The notes under the pieces: model-generated
What the model was told of the DNA's origin: nothing
Databases searched by the model: none
The model's input: only the letters and a program-made list of their open reading frames with translations
Made by a program: the position numbers and the translations under genes
Shown: in pieces, positions 19,691 through 29,065 of the stretch
How the letters are laid out: every line of letters begins with the position of its first letter
Position numbering within the stretch: the first letter of the stretch is position 1
Origin: an uncultured bacterium
GTDB lineage: Bacteria > Chloroflexota > UBA5177 > JANWHV01
DNA: 64,000 nt
Direction of reading: 5' to 3'
Assembly (NCBI GenBank): GCA_963729625.1
Contig: CAVSOU010000011.1
Span: 96,001-160,000, forward strand

Positions 19691-20892
19691 AGGATGCTGC
19701 CGATGCCCGGCAGCTTGACGAGGTAGTAGGCGAGCGTGAACGAGGCGGCGATGCCTAGCGGTGCTACCAGCAGGAATTTCAGCTCGGAGGGCATAGCCGC
19801 CGCCCTGAGCGCCAGGGCCAGGCCCATCACCACCGGCGCCTGGATCACGTAGGCGGCGTAGTAACTGCGCGCGAGCGGCTTCCCCAGCGGCAGCACGGCA
19901 TGCACGTGGCGCCGGAAGAAGCCCAGCATCCACACCGAGCCGCAGACCGCCAGAGTGCCCTCCACGGCCGGGGCAAACAGCGCCTCCCAGTGCCAGCCCC
20001 CGCCATACAGCCCCGGATCGCTGGGCAGCACCTTATAATATACGGCCAGCACCATCACGCCGCCCGCCGCCGCGGCCACCAGCACCGCGTAGCCGCAGCC
20101 GCGCCACACTCTGTCGGTGAGCACGGGCCAGCCACGCTCGGCCGCCCAGGCCCCGGTCCAGAACAGCAGGACGTACTGCGGCCATTGCCACAGGTGCAAC
20201 CCGAGGAACTGGCTGCTATAGATCGGCCACTCCAGGCGGAACAGGAAAGAGAACACAGCGATCGCCGCGGCCAGCAGAATCATGGCGCGCGTGGTGACCG
20301 TCGCGGCCCCTCGAGGACGAGTGGGCCAGAGCCGGTCGTAGATCGCGTAGGCCACCGAAAACACCAGCAAGGCGCCTACAAACCAGAGCGGCCCGGCATC
20401 CAGTGGCCTGACCTGCTGCAAGGCACCGCTCCAGGGTGGCTCTGTCGTCTGCCCCATGGCGCGCACGACCGCATACTTGGTCAGCGGCATGATCACCAGG
20501 ACGTAGACGGCAAGCGGGATGCCCAGGCGGACAATCCTGTCCTGGGAGAATGCGCGCGGCCCCTTTTCCTGCAGCGACTTGGGCACGAACATCCCGGCGA
20601 TGAGAAAGAATACGCCCAGCCAGAACAGGCCGCCGAGCAGACCTGGAACGCCCAGGATCAGCGTCTCCACCACGCCGGGGTGCCCCTCGTGATAGGAGAG
20701 CCAGCCGCCTCCGGGACCGTAGATGAGCGTGGCGTGGCAAGCTATGACGCCGGCGGTGAGGACGATCTTCAGGTTGTCCAGGTAGACCAGGCGTTGTCTG
20801 ACAGCGGGCCGTGCGGGCGCCGCATAGTCCGCTGAGGTGGCGGCGCCCGTCTGGATTCCGGCGCCGGGGAGCGCACCAGGGACCACCGTCAT
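19687..20892 (-). CDS. Acyltransferase-3 (OpgC/MdoC-like) membrane acyltransferase
   Basis: RLVYLDNLK...H, FFLIAG, DRIVRLGIP, GPLWFV, YAAYVIQAPV. Confidence 0.88.
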   Translation of the reverse strand: MTVVPGALPGAGIQTGAATSADYAAPARPAVRQRLVYLDNLKIVLTAGVIACHATLIYGPGGGWLSYHEGHPGVVETLILGVPGLLGGLFWLGVFFLIAGMFVPKSLQEKGPRAFSQDRIVRLGIPLAVYVLVIMPLTKYAVVRAMGQTTEPPWSGALQQVRPLDAGPLWFVGALLVFSVAYAIYDRLWPTRPRGAATVTTRAMILLAAAIAVFSFLFRLEWPIYSSQFLGLHLWQWPQYVLLFWTGAWAAERGWPVLTDRVWRGCGYAVLVAAAAGGVMVLAVYYKVLPSDPGLYGGGWHWEALFAPAVEGTLAVCGSVWMLGFFRRHVHAVLPLGKPLARSYYAAYVIQAPVVMGLALALRAAAMPSELKFLLVAPLGIAASFTLAYYLVKLPGIGSIL

Positions 20893-20896
20893 CGCA

Positions 20897-23446
20897 TCAC
20901 CCTTCCTCTGTTAGCGACCGGAGCCCTGCCTGTAGGGATGCTTCGACGTCGAGGTAGGATCCGCCCGGCCGGCTGGCGATGGGCTGCCCGAACCGCACCG
21001 TGACCGTGCCTCGACGCGGGATGCGCCAGAAGGCACGTTTGCCATCCAGGCCCACGATGCGGGCCGGGACGACCGGTACCCCGAACTCGGCAGCCAGCAG
21101 CCCGATGCTAGTGTCGATGCTGACGCCCTGTTCACGTCGCGCCGGATCGTCCCGGAGCAGGAAGAGAATCGACCAACCGTGATCCAAGAGACCGGAGGCA
21201 TGGACAAGGGTCGCGTGCCGCGACCCGGACTGCGAGTAGCGGAACGAATTGAAGAAGAACGCCACGGCAGCAGCGATCCACTTGCTCGTGCGGTCTGTCT
21301 TCCAGCTGGTGGAGATGCCGATTCGCTCTCTGATCGGCGGCGGCATCGCCGCGAGCGCGAACGGTGCATCGAGCACGCTCCTATAATCCATGACGAAGAT
21401 CGCGGGCAACCGCAGTCCATCCAGGTGTTCTCGGCCGAAGACGTGTGGCCGCACCACGATGCGCTCGGCGGCGAAAACGGGCGCCTGCAGCAGCACGCGC
21501 AGTGAGCGGATGCGGTGGGAGAAGGGCCACAGCGGGTAGAGGTGCTCCCCACCGGGGTTCTCGGCGCAGAGCAGCGACTCCAGCTCCGCGACCGTCGTCT
21601 CGGGCCCGATCCGGGACTCGTCCATGAACTTGCCCAAGCGGTCCTCCACCGCCCTGCCGAGCTGGATCCGCCCCGCCGCTTCCAGCCCAATGTCTGCCAG
21701 TCTCGTATCCGGGGCGATCTGCTCGGCGGGCTTGCCCACCACGCCGGCCAGCACGTGAGTGAGGGTGGGCTTCGTCGAGGCTTGCAGGGTCTGTGGTGGG
21801 GTAGACACCTTCTCACCTCGCCGCCCTGCCAGGACGGCTTTTGCCACCTCCGCGCGCTTGATCTTGATCGTGTGCGTGCGCGGGAAGTCGGGGTCCGGCC
21901 AGAGCTCATAGGAGCGGATGTGCTGGTGCAGAGCAAGCCGCTCGTTCGCGGCACGCACGATGGCGCCAGGGTCGGGATGGTCTGGCTCGCACAGCAGGAC
22001 CACATGGATCTGCGGTCCGTGCGCCGAGGGCACGGCCATCACCACCGATTCCACCACGCCCGGCACCCGCCTCAGCGCGTCCTCGACGTCCTCGGGATAG
22101 ACGTTCAGCCCGTTCGCCAGCACGATCAGGTCCTTCTTGCGCCCCTTGAGGTAGAGCCGCCCCTCCGCGTCCATCTCGCCGAGGTCGCCGGTGTTGTACC
22201 AGCCATCTTCCAGCGCAGCGGCGGTAGCTTCGGGATTCTTCCAGTAGCCCTGCATCACGCTAGGCCCCCGCACCAGGATCTCGCCTTCAGCGGTCAACCG
22301 GACCTCTGTGCCCGGAATCGCCTTGCCGACGGAGCGGGGCTTTCGGTCGCCGAGCGAGGTCCCGGTGATGATCGGCGAGGTCTCGGTGGATCCGTAGCCC
22401 TGCAGAATGGCGATGCCCAGCAGCTCCCACTTGTGCTCCAGCTCCGGCTCCAGCGGCGCCCCGCCGGCCACCAGGAACTCGAGCCGTCCGCCGAAGCGCC
22501 GAATCACGCTGCGGAAGAGGAGCCTGCGGGCAGACATCGGCAGGTATCGCGCGACGCTGCAGGCCAGACTCCACGTCTTCTCCTTGCCCTCTTGGCGCAC
22601 CCCGCGCTCGATGGCTTCCATGAACATGCTGAGGACGCGCGGCACGAGGACCATGACGGTGACCCGGTATTCGGCCATGTCCCGCTGGATCGCCGCGGGC
22701 TGGATTGCCGTGGCATAGGCGATGGCCGCGCCGCCATGCAGCGCCAGGAGCAGGCAGCAGGTCTGCTCGAGCAGGTGGCTCAGTGGCAGGATGGACAGCG
22801 GCCGGAAGTGGGGGCCGCAGGGGACGATCAGGTTGACCGCCTCGACGTTCGAGCGCAGGTTGCCGTGGCTGAGCATCACGCCCTTCGGCGCCCCGGTGGT
22901 GCCGGAGGTGAAGACGATCTCGGCGAGGTCGTCCGGGACGATCACCGGCAGGGTCGCTGGGCCGCCCGCAGGCAGGAGATGGTGAAGATCGTCGATGGCG
23001 AACACCGGCACGTCGTAGCGCCACGCGCGGGCCACGCCAGTCGCGGCGATCGCCAGTCGCGGCTCCGACTGCCCGATGACGCGCTCCACGAAATCGGGGC
23101 TGCTGCGGGCGTCGAGCGGGACGAGGACGGAGCCGTTGCGCAGGATGCCGAAGAAGCAGGCTACCCACCACGGACTGTTGGGCGCCCATATGACTACTCG
23201 GTCGCCCTTGCCCACGCCCTGGTCTTGCAGCCAACGGGCGACGCGGTGCGCCGCCTCCCCCAGATCCCGGTAGGTCCAGGTCTCCGTCTTGAGACTGGTC
23301 TTGTACAGCAGCGCGGGCCGGGAGGAGTAGGTTGTGGTGATCCACTCCAGGAAAGCGGCCAGGGTCTGATCGGCCGCCATCGTCCGCGAAGTCTGCTGGA
23401 CCGGCGTGCCGCGCTCCCCCGTTGTGGGACTCTGCTGTGCGATCAT
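20897..23446 (-). CDS. Long-chain acyl-CoA/AMP ligase fused to degenerate ACP and PlsC-like domains (Aas-like)
   Basis: FTSGTTGAPKG, QGYGSTE, TGDLG, GRKKD intact; ACP-like DIGLEAAGRIQL; LPLAT-like IFVMDYRSVLD; GAAGGAGG RBS. Confidence 0.88.
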   Translation of the reverse strand: MIAQQSPTTGERGTPVQQTSRTMAADQTLAAFLEWITTTYSSRPALLYKTSLKTETWTYRDLGEAAHRVARWLQDQGVGKGDRVVIWAPNSPWWVACFFGILRNGSVLVPLDARSSPDFVERVIGQSEPRLAIAATGVARAWRYDVPVFAIDDLHHLLPAGGPATLPVIVPDDLAEIVFTSGTTGAPKGVMLSHGNLRSNVEAVNLIVPCGPHFRPLSILPLSHLLEQTCCLLLALHGGAAIAYATAIQPAAIQRDMAEYRVTVMVLVPRVLSMFMEAIERGVRQEGKEKTWSLACSVARYLPMSARRLLFRSVIRRFGGRLEFLVAGGAPLEPELEHKWELLGIAILQGYGSTETSPIITGTSLGDRKPRSVGKAIPGTEVRLTAEGEILVRGPSVMQGYWKNPEATAAALEDGWYNTGDLGEMDAEGRLYLKGRKKDLIVLANGLNVYPEDVEDALRRVPGVVESVVMAVPSAHGPQIHVVLLCEPDHPDPGAIVRAANERLALHQHIRSYELWPDPDFPRTHTIKIKRAEVAKAVLAGRRGEKVSTPPQTLQASTKPTLTHVLAGVVGKPAEQIAPDTRLADIGLEAAGRIQLGRAVEDRLGKFMDESRIGPETTVAELESLLCAENPGGEHLYPLWPFSHRIRSLRVLLQAPVFAAERIVVRPHVFGREHLDGLRLPAIFVMDYRSVLDAPFALAAMPPPIRERIGISTSWKTDRTSKWIAAAVAFFFNSFRYSQSGSRHATLVHASGLLDHGWSILFLLRDDPARREQGVSIDTSIGLLAAEFGVPVVPARIVGLDGKRAFWRIPRRGTVTVRFGQPIASRPGGSYLDVEASLQAGLRSLTEEG

Positions 23447-23516
23447 GGGAGCCCCTCCTTCGTATCGAACTACCTCATCACGTCTGCTGACCATAGCGTG
23501 CCTGCGGCCACCAGCA

Positions 23517-23574
23517 GGGGCGGCGATCCGGCGGGGACTGGGCGAGTGGCTGCTCCCCTTCGGATCGCCGCCCC
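23517..23574. other. Intra-operon stem-loop (14-bp perfect outer stem)
   Basis: GGGGCGGCGATCCG...CGGATCGCCGCCCC between the 145-aa gene and the ligase. Confidence 0.6.
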
Positions 23575-23583
23575 GCGTCTGCG

Positions 23584-24021
23584 CTACGGAGCAGGGTGTT
23601 GCGGGATTACCACGGCCAGGATCACCGGAAGCAGTACGAGGAGAGCGGTAAGGCCCACCGCCGCCAGGCCGCCGATGGCGCTCGCGATCTCGCCCCCCTC
23701 CTGCCACCGCGCCACTCGGCGGAGCGCCCGCTTGCACATCACCGCATAGAGGGCGACCGTTACGATAAGGCCCACGACGGCGATAGCCATCGAGATGTCC
23801 CGCCGTGCGAAAAAACCAAGCCCCGACGTCAGCTGCCATGCCAGGATGGTGAGTCCGGCGGTCGAGCCGCCAGTGAGCGCCAAGCCCAGCAGCGGGAGCA
23901 GACCTCTGGCTACGCCGCGACCTAGCGCGGCCCTGGTCGACGCGCGGCCGCCCGTGGAAGGTCGCGGCGTCACCGCGGGGACCGTTGACGCCGGCGACAT
24001 GGTGTGTCCGTTCGCGTTCAT
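23584..24021 (-). CDS. Small 3-TM membrane protein
   Basis: Three hydrophobic segments; ATGA overlap with the hydrolase stop. Confidence 0.7.
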   Translation of the reverse strand: MNANGHTMSPASTVPAVTPRPSTGGRASTRAALGRGVARGLLPLLGLALTGGSTAGLTILAWQLTSGLGFFARRDISMAIAVVGLIVTVALYAVMCKRALRRVARWQEGGEIASAIGGLAAVGLTALLVLLPVILAVVIPQHPAP

Positions 24022-25070
24022 GCCTGCCCCCTTCCGGTGTCAGGCCCTAGGGCTCCATCGAAGAAGCCGATGACCCGGCGTACATACTCCTGCCCGGCGA
24101 CGTGAAAGGACTGGGCGTGCGTCGCCTCCGGCACGAGCCAGACCTGCACGGGCGACCCGGCCGCACGCGCGGCGGCCGCAAGGCGCAGCGTATTCGCCGT
24201 GGGCACATAGTCGTCCTTCAGGCCGTGGATGAAGAGGACAGGACGGGGCGCCAGGCGCGCGATGACGTCGATGGGCCGGGCGCTGTAGAAGTCCACGCCG
24301 AAGAGCACCCGTGCGGCGACGAGGATTCCCGGCGTGAAAGCCGCGGGCAGGCCCCCCTTCTTCGGCACCTCACGCTCCAGCAGCGGTGCCGCGTCCGCAT
24401 AGGGGCAATCGGCCACCACCGCCCGTATCGCAGGCTCCTGGGAGGCTGCCATGATCAGGGTGCTGGCCCCCATGGAGACGCCCCAGCCGCCGATGATGCG
24501 CGGCCGCCCGAGGGCCGGGTAGGGTAGCGGGCCGGTGCGCAGGAAGTCCACGGCGCCGAGTACGTCGCGCTGCTCATAGATGCCCATGGAGATCGGCGTG
24601 GCGGCCGACTGGCCCATCCCTTGCATATCGAAAGCCAGGACGGCGAAGCCGTGGCGCGCCAACTGAGCGCTCACGTCCAGCACGCCCGCGTCCCGGTCCT
24701 CGCGATTCGTTCGAAGGCCATGCACCACGATGATCGCGCGCTCTGCGGTCAGTGTCTTACCCGGGAGGACGGCGGGTATGAACCATCCCTGCAGGCGCAC
24801 GTGATCGCCGCGGCTCTCGAAGGTGACCGGGTGGTAATCCAATCCCAGGGTCGCGGGCGTGCGTGTAATCGGCTTCGGCGTCTCGTAGACCAGTCTACCG
24901 GCAGCGTACACCGAGATGCCGGCATAGGCCGTGGTAAGCACGCCAGACAACACCAGGAGCAGCGCGACCAGCCGGCGGACAAGGTAGAGGCGTCTAATGT
25001 TGCACCTGATATCTTTGCCGCTTTCTCGGCCCTCAGATGCGCCGAGTATGAAAAACCGGCGCACAACCAA
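24018..25070 (-). CDS. Membrane-anchored alpha/beta hydrolase
   Basis: LQGWFIP, VVHG, FDMQGMGQS, GVSMG nucleophile elbow, IHGLKDD, THA; true start probably near 24998. Confidence 0.88.
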   Translation of the reverse strand: MVVRRFFILGASEGRESGKDIRCNIRRLYLVRRLVALLLVLSGVLTTAYAGISVYAAGRLVYETPKPITRTPATLGLDYHPVTFESRGDHVRLQGWFIPAVLPGKTLTAERAIIVVHGLRTNREDRDAGVLDVSAQLARHGFAVLAFDMQGMGQSAATPISMGIYEQRDVLGAVDFLRTGPLPYPALGRPRIIGGWGVSMGASTLIMAASQEPAIRAVVADCPYADAAPLLEREVPKKGGLPAAFTPGILVAARVLFGVDFYSARPIDVIARLAPRPVLFIHGLKDDYVPTANTLRLAAAARAAGSPVQVWLVPEATHAQSFHVAGQEYVRRVIGFFDGALGPDTGRGQA

Positions 25071-25088
25071 ACGGTCGTGGCCGGTTTC
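25050..25088 (-). terminator. Intrinsic-terminator-like hairpin in the leader of the acylation operon
   Basis: Minus strand AAACCGGC-CACGACC-GTTT-GGTTGTG-C-GCCGGTTT-TT. Confidence 0.55.
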
Positions 25089-25216
25089 ACCAGTCGCTCG
25101 CTGCAGTCCATGGTGGCCAGGTCGGGGCCAGGCGTCAGAAGTAGGGGAGTGGCATGTTCACTCTCGGCTCTTGAGGCGTGGTACCCTTTCTACGGCTGCA
25201 GGTCGTCGCATCCATG

Positions 25217-25244
25217 ACAATACAATCATACGGCCTGGTGTCAA
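25217..25244 (-). promoter_or_regulatory. Putative sigma70 promoter
   Basis: TTGACA-N16-TATTGT on the minus strand. Confidence 0.5.
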
Positions 25245-25340
25245 GGGCATTGGACTCTTATATCCTCTTGCTCGCGCTCGGCCTCGTCACGCTGCGGCGA
25301 CAGGAAGCCCGGGTCAGAACCGCGGATCTGCAGCAACCCA

Positions 25341-26684
25341 ATGCCCGTGGCACATGACGAGATAATGAGCACAGGGGAGGGTTGGCCAACCGTGACCGAT
25401 ACGCGGCAAGGCGGCTCTGCGGACTCAGTCTGGACGCCGCCGCTGCCCGACGCGCTGCGCCTGCGCCGGTACGTGCAGCCACGAAGGGGCGCACCGCAGA
25501 AGAGGCGTTCGAAGCGCCGGCTGTGGCTGGTCGCGGTGTCCGGAGTCTTGCTGGCCTACATTCTGCTGCTGCTGACCGCGCTCGGCGTGCGGCAGCTGCT
25601 CGCCCAGCAGGCGCGGCAGCAGCATGTTCTTGGTTCCGGTCAGGTTGGGTCTCCGGACGGTGGCTGGATGCGAAGCTGGATGCTTGGCCAGTTCACATTC
25701 GCACCGGCAGGCCGCCTCAAGCCGGCAGCGGCCCCCACCGAAACCGCGAGCTGGTCGCCGGACGGGCTCTGGCTCGCCACCGGGTCGGGCGATGGCACGA
25801 TCGCTGTTTGGCGCGCGCGCGATGGTCGATTGCGGTGGGCAGTACGTCCATTCAGTGGTCGTGTGAGCTCGTTGACGTGGTCCACGGATGGGAATCAGCT
25901 GGTGGCCGGTATTGCCGGTGCGGTGGTGGTGTGGCTTGATGTGCATGCGGCTCACGTGGTGACGCTGCTACCCGCTGCGCGCTTCGTGGCGCCCAGCGCG
26001 GCGTTCGCGCCCCATGGCAACCGGCTCGCGATTGCCTCGGGTCGCGGCGACGTGCAACTTTGGGCGGCAATCGGCACGCAGCAGCCCCACTTTCTGCGCA
26101 GCCTGAGTACCGGCACGGCAACGACGACCCTGGGCTGGTCGCCGGACGGCCGTTCGCTGGCGGTGGGCGCCATGAGTGGCGCGCTTCAGATTTGGAACGT
26201 AGAGACGGGTCGCATCGTACGCCGGCTGCCCGCGGGGCAGCACGGCCCCCTCTGGTCGCTGCAATGGTCACCCCTGCCCTTGCAGCTCGCACTTGGCTGG
26301 GCGGATGGCGACGTGGAGATCTTTTCGGGACCGGGCCTGGTCCCAGCGCGACGGTTTCAGGCCGGAGGTGCCGTCAATACCCTGGCCTGGTCGGCCGACG
26401 GCTCACTTCTGGCAGTCACGGCGGTCGGCATGCCGATCTGGCTGTGGGACGTGCGGAGCGGTGCGCTCATCGGACATGTCTCCACGGGCTGGGACACCAA
26501 CCAGGTCGCCTGGTCGCCGGACGGGAAGACGCTTGCAGTCGGCACCGACGGGCATGATCTGCGCCTGTGGCATGTCCAGCCGCCGGCTGCCGGCCTCGGC
26601 CACCAGGTCTGTCTTCTGATGCCGGGAGCCTGCGCGGGCCTGGCCGGACAGCCTGCCAGCGTGCCCAGCTACATGGGGCGCTGA
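25341..26684 (+). CDS. WD40-repeat protein with N-terminal TM anchor
   Basis: About 7 repeats of WSPDG..LAxG..DG.I.xW; basic stretch plus TM; start may be 25365 or 25392. Confidence 0.88.
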   Translation: MPVAHDEIMSTGEGWPTVTDTRQGGSADSVWTPPLPDALRLRRYVQPRRGAPQKRRSKRRLWLVAVSGVLLAYILLLLTALGVRQLLAQQARQQHVLGSGQVGSPDGGWMRSWMLGQFTFAPAGRLKPAAAPTETASWSPDGLWLATGSGDGTIAVWRARDGRLRWAVRPFSGRVSSLTWSTDGNQLVAGIAGAVVVWLDVHAAHVVTLLPAARFVAPSAAFAPHGNRLAIASGRGDVQLWAAIGTQQPHFLRSLSTGTATTTLGWSPDGRSLAVGAMSGALQIWNVETGRIVRRLPAGQHGPLWSLQWSPLPLQLALGWADGDVEIFSGPGLVPARRFQAGGAVNTLAWSADGSLLAVTAVGMPIWLWDVRSGALIGHVSTGWDTNQVAWSPDGKTLAVGTDGHDLRLWHVQPPAAGLGHQVCLLMPGACAGLAGQPASVPSYMGR

Positions 26685-26974
26685 CCGATCGCGATGCCGC
26701 GCGGTCTCCCTGTACGAGGCGAATCGACAGCCTCACCGGCCTGACCGGGACGCCTCCTGGAGTCTATGGACCACCTGTCGTATTCCTGGCTGGTCGTCGC
26801 GTAGAATGCGATCACCGACACGGCAGCGTGCGCCACGTGCAGGGGCCGTGAGCCAATAAGCGTTAACGCTACCAGCAGCAAGGCCAGGAAACGCCATGGG
26901 ACGAACGATCCTCTGGACGCACGCACGATTCTCGTCTCGTCGCTTGCCGTCTGTTCACTGCCGTGCTTTGCCAT
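26669..26974 (-). pseudogene. Signal-peptide-bearing short ORF, probable 5' remnant of a secreted protein
   Basis: WRFLALLLVALTLIG...AHA signal-peptide-like segment followed by a short tail that overlaps the convergent gene. Confidence 0.35.
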
Positions 26975-27272
26975 CTACCCGTGCCGCGTTGCAGGCTCCT
27001 GCGTTCCGCCTTCCCGAGAGGATGGCGCCTTACGAAAGCACGCCCTCTCGCCTCACCGGGCATCGTCGAGCCGTAAATGGCAACTGCGGTGGCTCGCCGG
27101 AAGTCGGAGCCTGCCCTTCTCTCCAGCGTACCTGAGCCGGCGCAGCTGGAAGCAGCGGGCTCGAGCAGGCCGCGCTTGTGGCGGCTAGGACCGGCTGACC
27201 CCGACATGAGAGTACTGTGGCACTCTGCCGAACTGGGTACACGGTTGGGCTACAACTGCCATAGTGCCAGCA

Positions 27273-27301
27273 TTGCGATGTCAACGACGATAGGATAGTA
27301 T
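27273..27301 (+). promoter_or_regulatory. Putative sigma70 promoter
   Basis: TTGCGA-N17-TAGTAT. Confidence 0.4.
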
Positions 27302-27641
27302 CTGATCAGAAAGCGATGCCCGTGGGGCACGCGCATTGTTCATTGGAGGCAGCGAAGAATCGGCGAAACTCGTCCCGCGGCCGACAACGCAGCAGCGGTT
27401 GTGTTTCGCTCCGAACCAAGCCTGTCTGTTCACTTGTAGGACGAGCATCACACTACACGGATTTTGGGCGGCTGACAATCACCCAGTGGGCGCCCAGTTG
27501 GGGGAAGGGCTCGACAAATCCAGCGAAGCAGGCATGCTAGAAATGGGTGAGTCGGCGTACTGCCTGGTACGGTAGACGGCCAATCGGCATAGTGTGGTTG
27601 CGGTTCGATTTCTCGGCCGTGTACGGGAGGACGTTCAGTCT

Positions 27642-28241
27642 ATGCGACAGGTTTCAGTGCTACTTGCCATCGCGTCGTCTATGCTCCACGCGAAGGTTCG
27701 GTCTGAGGTGATGGCGGACCCTGCGTTGGAGCTCGTGGGCGACGCAAGCACGCCACTGCAGGCCATCGCGCAGACAAGGCGCCTTGAGCCGAGGATCGTG
27801 TTATGCGATCAGGATATGCTTGCCGGCGGCCAGATGGCCGTCCTCGCGCAGCAGACCGTGGTGGTATCGCTGCTGGTGTTGGTCACGCCGGACGATGAAA
27901 CCTGGCTGCCGCGATTGTCCGTGCCGGTCGCGGGAACGGTGTCGGCGCACCACAGGCCCGGCGACCTGGCCAACAAGCTGAAGGCGATCATCGACGCTCC
28001 GGCCGCGTCCGTTGAGCCCGCATTGCTGCAGCCCAAAAGCGCTGGACCGCTGGACAAAGCGCAGGATCTCAAGCCGCTCCCCTACGACCCAAGCCAATTG
28101 CCGAGTCTCCCCGCCGAACTGGCTCCGTGGGCGTCACTCAGTCACTTCCAGATACCCGCGCCGGCTGGTGCATATGGGTTTCCCGCGCCGAAGGACACGT
28201 CACTGCTGAAGAGGGTATTCGGGGAGTCCGGCAAGTTGTAG
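27642..28241 (+). CDS. Atypical receiver (REC)-domain protein with Pro-rich tail
   Basis: ELVGDASTPLQAIAQTRRLEPRIVLCD is a NarL-type REC pattern lacking the N-terminal DD; GGGAGG RBS. Confidence 0.6.
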   Translation: MRQVSVLLAIASSMLHAKVRSEVMADPALELVGDASTPLQAIAQTRRLEPRIVLCDQDMLAGGQMAVLAQQTVVVSLLVLVTPDDETWLPRLSVPVAGTVSAHHRPGDLANKLKAIIDAPAASVEPALLQPKSAGPLDKAQDLKPLPYDPSQLPSLPAELAPWASLSHFQIPAPAGAYGFPAPKDTSLLKRVFGESGKL

Positions 28242-28319
28242 AGCTGATCGTTCTGCGCGCCCTGATCGCGATACGGAGTCCGTTTCGACGACTGAGCTGA
28301 TGCATCGCCTTGGTGCTCG

Positions 28320-28652
28320 ATGGACGACTGGATGCCGTTGGCGCTGCGCATGGCAAGTGGCGCGCTCCGAGCCAACGTGCGCCAGGGGGACGTGGCGTGC
28401 CGCCTTGAAGGTTTGGGCTTCGCGCTGGTGCTTCCAGGTGTCGAGGTGAGCTCGATCTCGGAACCGCTTCAGCGCCTGCACGCCGCGCTCAGGCTCGTCC
28501 GTGCCCATCACAACAGTGGCGGTGAAGCTCTCGACGCGGGGGTCGGCATGGGATTCTGGACCCCCGACGTCGCTCCGTCACTCGCGCTCCGGACGGCATT
28601 GCAAGAGACTGCGGCTATTCGCGCCCGCGAACGGGCCGGTACGGCGTTATAG
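28320..28652 (+). pseudogene. C-terminal half of a degenerate GGDEF domain
   Basis: LRANVRQGDVACRLEGLGFALVLPG aligns to RxxD-xxxR-xGGDEF-xxLLP; the N-terminal half is missing. Confidence 0.6.
28346..28396 (+). repeat. 51-bp exact direct repeat, copy 1 (copy 2 at 38293-38343)
   Basis: GCGCATGGCAAGTGGCGCGCTCCGAGCCAACGTGCGCCAGGGGGACGTGGC at both sites. Confidence 0.95.
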
Positions 28653-28656
28653 ATCA

Positions 28657-28723
28657 TCGGCGAGTCCCACCTTCATCGTGTACCAGAGCGCATTGCCCTC
28701 CTGGGACGCGCACCGACGGACTC
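28657..28723 (+). repeat. 67-bp near-identical direct repeat, copy 1 (copy 2 at 38948-39014)
   Basis: 64/67 identical by hand alignment to an internal part of the gene at 38392-39393. Confidence 0.92.
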
Positions 28724-28984
28724 CTCGAGCCCTGAAGCGGTTCTGCCACGCAAGCATCACTCTCCGGCCGGGAGCCACGAGCGTAGCCGCCCGTGTTGTT
28801 CATTAATCCCGCAGGACGCACCCATCATCCAAAGCCGGATGCACCACGTTCAGGCATGCGGCCAAGTGGGACGGTGGCGTCACATTCGATTTCGCCAACG
28901 ACGCATATGCCAGGCTGTGTGCCGAGGCGAACGGCGGGAGTTGTTCTCCTACACCAAGCAAAGAGGCAGCCCGCCTCATTGGTT

Positions 28985-29053
28985 GAGTGCGGTGCGCACG
29001 TCGGCAATATCCATCAATGCCATGTTGCAGACAACCCGATCAAATCCCGCATC
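28985..29053 (-). pseudogene. Class I SAM methyltransferase fragment
   Basis: Hand translation DAGFDRVVCNMALMDIADVRTAL. Confidence 0.55.
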
Positions 29054-29065
29054 CGGGAACACGGC

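Noticed and set aside
21515-23749. 744-aa plus-strand ORF, and similar long antisense ORFs such as 36257-37555, 57612-59108 and 59890-61329
   Set aside because: Shadow ORFs opposite well-supported genes, expected from high-GC codon bias
27225-27275. c-di-GMP-II-like words (GGCAC...GTAG..CAACCG) on the minus strand
   Set aside because: The pseudoknot partner GTGC and the 5' kink-turn stem are absent
28239-28247. Stop-codon readthrough (Pyl/Sec) fusing the REC and GGDEF ORFs
   Set aside because: Several in-frame stops (TAG, TGA, TGA) and a missing GGDEF N-terminal half indicate decay rather than recoding
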